DNA of 64,000 nt from Octopus sinensis (Eukaryota), in assembly GCF_006345805.1 (NCBI RefSeq), contig NC_043009.1, positions 53,258,001 to 53,322,000 on the forward strand, given 5' to 3'. Shown here one piece after another: positions 54,351-64,000 of this stretch. A program made the position numbers and the translations under genes. Positions within the stretch are counted from its first letter, which is position 1. Each line of letters opens with the position of its first letter. Under the pieces are notes generated by a model. It worked only from the letters and a program-made list of their open reading frames with translations, was not told the origin of the DNA and searched no databases.

Positions 54351-54805
54351 AGAAACAGTTAAACGGATAAGAGTACTTACACTATCGTGGATAGCTAGTA
54401 TATTCGATTATATTTATAGTGACAGTATTAGTATTGCATATTCGATTATATTTCTAGTGACGGTATTAGTATTAGTATTGTTATTAATGTCAGCCATGAC
54501 AGTCTAAAGCAAAATCCCACATGATGTAAATAACCGTTTTTGTAATCCAATCTGTATAATGCTAAGTTACGCAAAACTGTTCACATTGGCTGGACAACTA
54601 GCTTATAAATATCTCAAAATAGCTTTTTTTCTTTTTAGATGTAAAATACTACACCAGGCCGCTTAAATATGCATCTTAAAACATAAATGTCAGTGACATT
54701 TATTTAAACTTCAGCAGTTTTGCATGAGTATTTAGCTACTATGTTGAATTCTGGAACGAAGGGAAGCTGCAAAATGGGAAACCGCGTTTCGACTTCCTTA
54801 CACAT
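52638..54805. repeat. Pair of diverged direct repeats (52638-52882 and 54577-54805)
   Basis: Both read tgttcacatt(c/g)gctggacaactag...ctacaccaggcc(a/g)cttaaatatgcat...tgggaaaccgcgtt(a/t)cgacttccttacacat. Confidence 0.85.
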
Positions 54806-55019
54806 TTTATATTCTTTATAACAGCAAAATATCCAGATGAGTATCTAGGAAGAGTTAGTTCACTATACTAATGAGTAAAGCTATCAAACGTATTAAGGAG
54901 TCCGCTAGTTTTGCTCTGGTATGGTAGATGGCTGCTATATATATATATATATTATATATATATATATATATACATACACAAACACACACACACACATACA
55001 CATATATACATATATATAT

Positions 55020-55084
<65 letters not shown>

Positions 55085-55120
55085 ATCAAAATAAAATAAA
55101 AACATGATGCGAAGGATTCA

Positions 55121-55198
55121 GCGGTACATATGTTTCGGGCCTTTATTAGACAGATTTATAACAATGCATAATGTATGTCTGTGGCCTTCTTCAGCCGC
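55121..55198 (-). ncRNA. Type I hammerhead ribozyme, family H3, left arm of inverted repeat
   Basis: Minus strand: GCGG CTGAAGA A GGCC...GGCC C GAA ACATATGT A / CCGC. Confidence 0.75.
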
Positions 55199-57585
55199 GC
55201 ACAACAGCTTCCACAAGGACATGTGTTACATCAAAAATTCTTGGTTGGGGATGCAAATCCCCTCATTCACGTACGACATAATGCGGCAGCAGCATAGAGT
55301 TGAAGCGTCCATCTCTTTCTTCTCTCAATGTAGAATGAGGAAAGTTGGATGTTGAGGTAATGTAAATAAATAAATACATATATAGAGGTGAAGATGGAGG
55401 GGCGAGAGTTCGGGACGAGGGATAAAAAATGTATAAAAAGTGTAAGTATAGAATAATATAAAAATGTAGAGGATAAAGGGTTGTAAGTAGATGTAAAGGG
55501 GGTATAAAGAAATATAAAGTAAAATAGAAATAGAAATAAAAGTAAAAAAACTGATAAAAACATGATAAAAGTGTAAAAGAATGTAAAGATAAGGATGTAT
55601 AGAGGTTATGGACCAAGCATGGTGGTCAGGAGATTGATAAAATTTAGTTGTAGAATTGTCAGTACATCAACAGTTTCGTCTGGGGACTTAATGCGTTGTA
55701 AATCAGAGCTGATGAGCATTTAATCTGGGTCCTTGAATTAAATGGACTTCTAGTACATACATATCATCATGGATATATACACCCACATACACGCGTACAT
55801 ATACGCCTCCAAGCCTATAAGCATACACACGCACTCGCGTGTAAACACGTACATAAACACACACGCACCCACACGCACGCGCGTACACACACATACATAC
55901 AACAGAATATCCGCATATACACGGACATACGCGCGTACACGCTCACATGTATATACGCGCGCCCATCACTACACACACACGTATATGCCCACGCCTCTAG
56001 GTCCAGGTATAAGATATTAAAGGATGTGTATAAGAATGTATGTAAAGAATCCCGTACTCATGTCAATACGCGCACGCACACACGGCTGTGTGTCCGTATG
56101 TGCGTGCACATATACACTCATATACACACACAGAGACACACGCGCACATGGGTATAGCTATAAGATATCGAAGTATGCATGTACATATATGCGCGTGCAT
56201 ATGTATGTATGCGTATACACACGTACGCGGACGCTCGTATATTCAAAAGGTGGATCCATATTTTTACTTTTATCCTACTTCCATTTATTTTTATTTTTAA
56301 TTTTATTTTTACTTTTATTCTACTTCCATTTATTCTCATTTTCATTTTCATCCCTTACCTTAACTCTTATAATTTTTATAATTCTTATACTTCATTTCTA
56401 ACTATTACATTGTATTCCTTATTTATACTGTATTTTTTATTTCTAATCTTTACCCTTACCCTCATTCTTACCCCTAACTTATCGCTTTACACCTCTATAT
56501 ATGTTTATTTACTTACCTATGGATCCACCTTTTGAATATACGAGAGCGTCCGCGTACGTGTTATACGCATACATACATATGCACGCGCATATATGTACAT
56601 GCATACTTCGATATCTTATAGCTATACCCATGTGCGCGTGTGTCTCTGTGTGTGTATATGAGTGTATATGTGCACGCACATACGGACACACAGCCGTGTG
56701 TGCGTGCGCGTATTGACATGAGTACGGGATTCTTTACATACGTTCTTATACACATCCTTTAATATCTTATACCTGGACCTAGAGGCGTGGGCATATACGT
56801 GTGTGTATGTAGTGATGGGCGCGCGTATATACATGTGAGCGTGTACGCGCGTAATGTCCGTGTATATATGCGGATATTCTGTTGTATGTATGTGTGTGTA
56901 CGCGCGTGTGCGTGTGGGTGCGTGTGTGTTTATGTACGTGTTTACACGCGAGTGCGTGTGTATGCTTATAGGCTTGGAGGCGTATATGTACGTGTGTATG
57001 TGGGTGTATATATCCATGATGATATGTATGTACTAGAAGTCCATTTAATTCAAGGAACCAGATTAAATGCTCATCAGCTCTGATTTACAACGCATTAAGT
57101 CCCCAGACGAAACTGTTGATGTACTGACAATTCTACAACTAAATTTTATCAATCTCCTGACCACCATGCTTGGTCCATACCCTATACATCCCTTATCTTT
57201 ACATTCTTTATACTATTTTATCATGTTTTAATCAGGTTTTTTTACTTTTATTTCTATTTCTATTTTTACTTTATATTTCTTTATACCCCCTTTACATCTA
57301 CTTACAACCCTTTATCCTCTACATTTTATATTATTCTATACTTACACTTTTTATACATTTTTTATCCCTCGTCCCGAACTCTCGCCCCTCCATCTTCACC
57401 TACATATGTTATTATTATTTACATTACCTCAACATCCAATTTTCCTCATTCTACATTGCGAGAAGAAAGAGATGGACGCTTCAACTCTATGCTGCTGCCG
57501 CATTATGTCGTACGTGAATGAGAGGATTTGCATCCCCAACCAAGAATTTTTGATGTAACACATGTCCTTGTGGAAGCTGTTGTGC

Positions 57586-57663
57586 GCGGCTGAAGAAGGC
57601 CACAGACATACATCATGCATTGTTATAAATCTGTCTAATAAAGGCCCGAAACATATGTACCGC
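57586..57663 (+). ncRNA. Type I hammerhead ribozyme, family H3, right arm of inverted repeat
   Basis: GCGG (stem I) CTGAAGA A GGCC ac AGACA...TGTCT aataaa GGCC C GAA ACATATGT (palindromic stem III) A / CCGC (stem I). GUA triplet, predicted cleavage after 57659. Confidence 0.75.
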
Positions 57664-57775
57664 TGAATCCTTCGCATCATGTTTTTATTTTATTTTATTT
57701 TGATCAATTTACCCCACCACCTACACCACCAAACGGTATACACAGGTGCTTATAATTATCAAGTACTCACTCCGA

Positions 57776-57815
<40 letters not shown>

Positions 57816-58901
57816 CTTCTCAGAAAACGAAAAAATATATACTTACATTTTTTCTTAGTTTTTTTGCTTTGTTTGCCTATTCTGATACAAGCCCTTATTT
57901 CCTTTTCCGAGTAAGAGATAACATGTTTTGCTGACCTCATCGATCTAAAATGTGTAAACAACCATACATGCGCGCACACACATTTGTGCACTCACACATG
58001 CATACACATACATTCATATGTATGCACTTGCATACATGTATATAAATATGTATGCGTATGTATAAGTATATATATATATATATATATGTGCAAATACACA
58101 CACAATACACTCGCATGCATTGTGGGTGATATTTTCAATCGAGACGTTATAATCGTATCTGATTCTTTAACTGCCTCAGTCCGGCGTATGTAAATATATT
58201 TACTAGATTGCTGACACTTATTAATGGTTTTCCACATTGTATTGATGTGTCATTTTCAATCATTAATAAAACTGTCAGCATTCTTGATGACACGGGAATG
58301 CTAGTTACACGATAATCTTTGATAAAAGTGAAGAGATGTTCACCTTAAGAACATTATAATCCAGTAAATTGTCAGTTAACGACTCGATTAAGGACCACAA
58401 AAGATCTGACGATGGCGATTTACGAATATGGGCTACGGCGATAAAGGTATTGTAGCGTTGTTCTTTTAAAAAAAATGTAATAATATAGATAATGATGAAT
58501 CATGGAAATGAAGAGGAGGAAAATGGTGATTAGGATGATGATGATGATGATGATGGTGATGATGTTGATGATTGATGATCATAACGACAATAATGGTGAT
58601 GATGGTGGTGGTGATGTTGATGATGACGATGATGACGATCATGGTGGTAACAAAGACGACGCTGCCGCAGACGACAGCAATGACGAAGTTGATGACGATT
58701 AAGGTGATCATCTGAAGCTGTGAAAGGGATGTTCATTGTTAATCATTAAAAAAAATGGGTGACAATGATCACAATAATGGCGACGATCCTTATAATAATG
58801 GCGACGGTGTTGGTTATGGGACGATGATGTATATGATCATGGCGACGATGAAAATGATGATGACGGCGACGATAACGACGAAGTAGAAACGTCTTTCTTA
58901 C

Positions 58902-59237
58902 CTTCGGTAAAAACATGAGACAGAGAGTTCCTGTAGTGGAAAGGAAAATGAACGTTGATTGGATGGCATAAGATAAGGTTGGTCGATCTGAGAGTATTTT
59001 TGAGAGTACGACTACTATTGTACTCATGATAACTACGTTATAGACGTTCATTCCAATGTAACGGGAATCGTTCAGGGCAGGTATTTTCACGTTACGGGTC
59101 TCCCAAGCCATATACACTCCAAAGATGAGAAGAAGACCTTTGTAGGCATACATGACACCCATCCATTTTTCTAGATGGTTCGATTGACATCTGGATAACT
59201 GCGAAATATACACCACATCTTCATCGTCGGTTGAGAG
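58902..59237 (-). CDS. GABA-B-R3: GABA-B receptor family (GABA-B-R3-like), exon encoding ECL2, TM5, TM6, TM7
   Basis: ttattatttgcag|LSTDDEDVVYISQLSRCQSNHLEKWMGVMYAYKGLLLIFGVYMAWETRNVKIPALNDSRYIGMNVYNVVIMSTIVVVLSKILSDRPTLSYAIQSTFIFLSTTGTLCLMFLPK|gtaaga. YKGLLL, AWETRxVKIPALNDS and LCLxFxPK are hallmark GABA-B motifs. GVYMAWETR matches my recollection of Drosophila GABA-B-R3. 336 bp, phase 0/0. Confidence 0.95.
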
Positions 59238-59939
59238 CTGCAAATAATAAACAATAACAAATAAGGACGTGTACGAACGCATGCAAGCATGCATATGTGT
59301 ACGTGTATATGTGTGTATGTACGTACATGTCTGTATGTATATGTGTGATTGTATGTCAATATATGTTCATGTGTATGTATGTATGTATAAATATATGCTG
59401 AAAAGTCGAAATCTGTGAGTCACACACACACATACTGGTAGCAACAAACAATATAGACGTATATAATACAGACAGTAGACTATAATTATTTAATATTACT
59501 GAATCTTGAAACCGTTATTCACAAATTTCTGCGGCAGTTAGAGGAAAGTAAACAATTATGTCTATATTGTTACACCATAGCAGCCGTTTGACAAAACGCT
59601 CTTACAGGATGAAACCACCTCCTATCGTCTTATGGCAGAAAATACCGCCTATCAACTTATGAAGAACGATTACCATAAACCAAAAAAAAATAAATAAATA
59701 AATAAAATAAAAAAACATAATAAAAGGGCTCTACATAGCCTAGTAAGGTGCCAGATGTAGTAATCACATTTCCTTCAAATCAAATACTAATGACTTAGAA
59801 AAGGAAGAAAAAAAAATCTGTATCATGCATGTCTGAAACAAATGATGGAATTGTCTTTAATAAAATGCATTCAATCATAGAGCGACTGGATAAATGTTGA
59901 CCCGAAACTTTAGCCCAGCAGTAAGCCGTTGCAGCAGTA

Positions 59940-60040
59940 GCTAATAGAATTGTTTCTGTTTTTAGATTCCACATTCGAGTTACCTCTATTTCCAGGACTT
60001 TGTATTTTGAAAATTTCTCCATTTCTTTTAGAGAAACGTT
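59940..60040 (-). mobile_element. Short R4/Dong-like fragment
   Basis: SLKEMEKFSKYKVLEIEVTRMWNLKTETI, directly after an (AAT)n/(AAC)n tract. Confidence 0.75.
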
Positions 60041-60071
60041 GTTGTTGTTGTTATTATTATTATTATTATTA

Positions 60072-60136
<65 letters not shown>

Positions 60137-60159
60137 TATTATTATTATTATTATTATTC

Positions 60160-61817
60160 AGTAGTCTTATTTTTATCACATGTTTTCACTGCACTACCGA
60201 GCGCAGCTCTGTGTGCCTTGGGTATGTGCTGTGATTTGTTGTGTGCATTGAAAGTGTTTAATGTAGGATGTGTTCAATGCCTAGCAGTGCTATTATCTGT
60301 ATGTTATATATACTTGTAAGTCCTGGTACTTTTGTTATGTATTTGTTTGAATATTTTTTTTATCATACCTAATGCGCCTAATATGATAGGAATTGTTTCT
60401 GATATTAGGCTCCACATTCGAGGTACCTCTATTTCCAGATCTTTGTTCTTTGAAAGTTTCTCCGTTTCTTTTAGAGAATCATCTGTTGATAATTCATACA
60501 TCGATTAGAAATAATTATTTTTCTTGGTATCTCCGACATCTATATCCGGCCTATTAATCTTGATTTCTCTGTCTGTGTGCATTGGTATATCCCAGAGTAT
60601 GTTTGCGTTCTCGTTCTCTGTGACCTTTTCTGGGGTGTATTTATACCATCTTTTTCTGTTGTTATTCCATAGTGTTGGCATAGATTCCAGTGTATATAGG
60701 TCCGAACTCCGTCGTGTTTGTGAATATATTCCTTCTTAGCCAGGACTGGGAAGCCAGAGACAATATGATGTATTGTTTCTCGTCCATCACCACATATTCC
60801 GCAGTTGCTTGTACTTCATTTCATTATGTGTTTTTGGTAATTTCTGGTGGGAGGGCTTTGATTTTGTGCTGAAATTAAAAAATCTTCAGTCTCTGCATTG
60901 AGTCCTGAGCTTGTCAACTATTGCTTGGATTTTCTGTCTATTCCTTTTCTGGGTAACTTAACTCAGTATTTACCATGAAGTGGCTTTTCTTGCCATCGTT
61001 TTATCATGACCCGTTGCTGTTCCAGTTTTAATTTGGATTTCAGTTGTTTTACAGCTTTTGTTGTTTCTTCTTTTTCTTCATAGTTGTTATGTACTACGAC
61101 TTCTTTTTCGTATTTGCCAGCTTCCTTAAAGACAGAAAACAGTTTTTTGTTTTGTTCGTGTTTTATGGTTATTTGTATTAGTTTTCCTTGTTTCTGAAGT
61201 AGGTTTTTCTGTAATCTTGTGGCGGTTATTTTGTAATAGTTTTCTAGCTGCATCAGGCTTCTACTACCGTTCCATACGCTGTATATATAACCTTTCGATG
61301 TCAGATTTTGGGTGGTGCATCCTAAAACCTGTCATTATTTTTCTTATTTTCCTGTCTATTTTAATAAGTTCCTTCAGAGTCCAGTTAAGAATATTGTAGT
61401 AGTAACTAATAACTGAGACAGCTAGACTGTTGATACATATCTTGTATTGCTCATTGACCTTTGTTTTCAGTATTAATCTAACACGTCTGTAGTATTCCTT
61501 TTTTATCTTCTCTTTCATTTGTGTGAGTTGCATCATATCTAGTTCATTGATTCCTAAGTATTTGTATGTCTGGCTTTGGTCTAATTCTCTCGTGGTCTAG
61601 TTATTCCTAATTAGTTTTCAAAGCTGCTTTGGCATATTTTTCTAAACCAAATTTCATGCTCATTTCTTTGGTAAATCCACGTACTCTCTGTAGTAATGTT
61701 TCCAGCTGTTTATCATTTGCAGCATACAGTTTTATATCATCCATATACAAGAGATGGTTGATTGTTTTGCCATAACGGTTGTATCCACATCCAGTTCTGT
61801 TTAGCATGACAGATATA

Positions 61818-61818
<1 letters not shown>
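60160..61818 (-). mobile_element. R4/Dong-like non-LTR retrotransposon, 5'-truncated, flanked by (TAA)n
   Basis: INHLLYMDDIKLYA, FGLEK.AK, YKYLGI, HHPKSDIERLY, WQEKPLHGKY, W..PMHTDREIK.NRPDI and KDLEIEV.RMW.L....PIILGALG. Multiple frameshifts and stops. Confidence 0.9.
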
Positions 61819-61872
<54 letters not shown>

Positions 61873-62409
61873 GATTATATTTCCATTATTATTGTTATTA
61901 TTATTTCCATTAAGTCGATGAGCTGCCAGAACTAGATGAAGCGCTAATTTCAAATTTCACCGAGTTTAGCTTTGTTTTTCACCATTTCGGAGTCAATTAA
62001 ATATATACCCGTCACTGGGTAAGCATTTTCAGCTGAATCGACTGAAGTAACATATTCAAATGCCCTATTCACCGACGGATCAAAATCAACTCTATGGTAA
62101 TGAATCGACCTCTCCAAATACTGGGACATGTTTTAGTACTATTATAATGAAGGCAGTCGGTAACTGATATTTCCAAAAGGCTGGCGAACCTTGTGGATAT
62201 TCCCGTGTGATCAACGGGTACTGGCACATGAAGAAGATACAAAAAAGTAAAGCTGTTCTATATGCCCACGGGCATATAATATAATGGTTAAGAGTGCGGG
62301 CTTACTAACCACAAGATTGCGAGTTTAATTCCAGGCAGTCCCTTGAATAAATTATAATAATAATAATATAATAATAATAATGATGATGATGATGATGATG
62401 ACGTTGATG

Positions 62410-62479
<70 letters not shown>

Positions 62480-62509
62480 TGTTGATGATGATGATGGTAA
62501 TGATGATAA

Positions 62510-63120
62510 TAAAAACTGGTGGGAATACAAACCACTTCTAGTGCTTGTAAGTGATCATATCTCACTGCTCTGGGACTTCACCATTCAAACTCATAGAAAG
62601 ATATATGCAAATAGGCCAGATATCATATTGAAAGCCTTCAGACAAAAATCATGCCTCCTCATTGATATGGCTGTCCCAATCGATATAAGCGTATCTATCA
62701 AGACCTACCAAAAACTGAGCAAGTATAAAGATCTTGAAATAGAAATGAGCAAAATGTGGAACCTGAAGATTAAAACAATACTTGTTGTCATAGGTACCCT
62801 GAGAATGATAGGAAAGGGGCTGATTGCTACCTAGCTCAGATACTAGGAAACCCCCAAAATGGCTGAAATTCAAAAGATTGTGCTCATGGGAACTGTCCAT
62901 ATTCTACGAAAGATATTATGTAATCTCAAATTTTAAAACAGTCATAATTTTCTTATGGTTTTTTAAACATTTTCTAGAACAAAACTATGTACAAAATCAA
63001 ATATATGGCACCCTAGGCATAGCACCAACATGAACTTCTAACTTGTTGTCCCTTGAGGTCGCTGGGTGAGACTTGGAGCCAACTTGTACAAATGCAAAGC
63101 AAAAGTCAAACAAAATAATA
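62510..63120 (+). mobile_element. R4/Dong-like 3' fragment (REL endonuclease plus 3' UTR) flanked by (TAA)n
   Basis: LLWDFTIQTHRKIYANRPDIILK...CLLIDMAVP.D..VSIK...KLSKYKDLEIEMSKMWNLK...VVIGTL.MI, then EIQKIVLMGTVHILRKIL. Confidence 0.88.
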
Positions 63121-63188
63121 ATAATAATAACATGAACAAAAAATAACTTAGGAATGATAATCTAGGGTTGGCTTCGAAATTCTACCAG

Positions 63189-63234
63189 GTCACCTGAAGG
63201 AGGCTGGAGAGTAAATCAGTCGAAATGTTGTGGT
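63189..63234 (+). ncRNA. Degenerate type I hammerhead-like motif
   Basis: GTCAC CTGAAGG A GGCTG gagagtaaat CAGTC GAA ATGT T / GTGGT. All three stems can form, but core A9>G and stem III reads ATGT instead of ACGT. Confidence 0.5.
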
Positions 63235-63312
63235 AACAACAAACAAGATGAGGGCAAGTATCCGTCCAATATAAGTAATGTAAAAAGAGTGAAGGTTTAA
63301 AAGTGTACTTAC

Positions 63313-63435
63313 CTGTGAGGATAAATTTGTTTTCACTTGGTGCATGGGATCCACGACAATCCATACAGAAATTAAGGAGATATCAAGCACTAGCAGAGCA
63401 CCAATTATAAATAGTAGTTGTTTGTCTCGTAGTAA
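63313..63435 (-). CDS. GABA-B-R3: GABA-B receptor family class C GPCR (GABA-B-R3-like), internal exon encoding TM4 and start of ECL2
   Basis: Minus strand reads tttctcttcgcag|TTA CTA CGA GAC... = LLRDKQLLFIIGALLVLDISLISVWIVVDPMHQVKTNLSSQ|gtaagt. 123 bp, phase 0/0. The LLxDxQL...W..DPM pattern is typical of GABA-B TM4 and joins in frame to the next exon. Confidence 0.9.
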
Positions 63436-63600
63436 CTGCGAAGAGAAACGGAACGAAAAGAATACATCCTTATTAGAAGGTTAAATATCCTCAAACATTG
63501 AAGTTATCACTCTAATCTATCTGTCTGTCTGTCTGCCTGCCTACCTCTCTGCCTACTTACCTACCTACTTACTTGCCTATCTACCTACTTGCCTACCTAC

Positions 63601-63757
<157 letters not shown>

Positions 63758-63765
63758 ATCTATCT

Positions 63766-63802
<37 letters not shown>

Positions 63803-64000
63803 AAGAGGGAGAGAAAGAGAGAGAGAGACTCCCATTTGTGTACACAGCAGAATATTCTGAATCTGCTACACTTTCAGTACTCAAAATGCATGAAGAGAAA
63901 TATGTTTGCTGTTATTAACATCACGCCCTGGAGGAATGAATAAAAAGACAGGAGAATTTCATCAAATTTACATTAAAATGTCTGATTAAATATTGTTCTC

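Larger units (their letters stand above)
55081..57708. repeat. Long inverted repeat, arms 55081-56260 and 56518-57708, 257-bp pyrimidine-rich spacer; one HHR per arm
   Basis: The arms are reverse complements along their whole length, from attgatcaaaataaa.../...ttttgatcaat to aaaaggtggatccata/tatggatccacctttt, with few differences. The left end abuts (TA)n. Confidence 0.95.

Noticed and set aside
55666-55735. GTTTCGTC and CTGATGAG words within the palindrome arm
   Set aside because: The two hammerhead half-motifs are on opposite strands and cannot form one ribozyme.

Overview
This is AT-rich, microsatellite-saturated eukaryotic (animal) genomic DNA. The SINE families and repeat density suggest a coleoid cephalopod such as Octopus (inference, not checked). 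I found no rRNA, true tRNA genes or CRISPR arrays, and most of the supplied ORFs are microsatellite translations. One protein-coding gene is supported: the 3' half of a class C GPCR of the GABA-B receptor family, most like the invertebrate GABA-B-R3 subunit. It lies on the minus strand in five GT-AG exons (63313-63435, 58902-59237, 21732-21887, 19211-19365, 15596-17891), about 1021 aa. These cover TM4-TM7, the coiled coil and a roughly 860-aa cytoplasmic tail ending in EVSYV. The N-terminal exons lie beyond the right edge. The introns and flanks hold tRNA-derived SINEs, RTE, CR1-like and R4/Dong-like LINE fragments, Tc1/mariner/maT fragments and a MITE. The most striking signal is a set of type I hammerhead ribozyme (HHR) motifs with palindromic helix III. 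Six copies have a full catalytic core, in three unrelated sequence families, and several more are degenerate. Five of the six full-core copies sit in non-coding, (TA)n-anchored inverted-repeat structures: a 558-bp tandem unit in a head-to-head array at 28.7-30.3 kb and a 1.2-kb-arm palindrome at 55.1-57.7 kb. This resembles Penelope-like pLTRs or non-LTR retrozymes. All structures were folded by eye and none has been tested.
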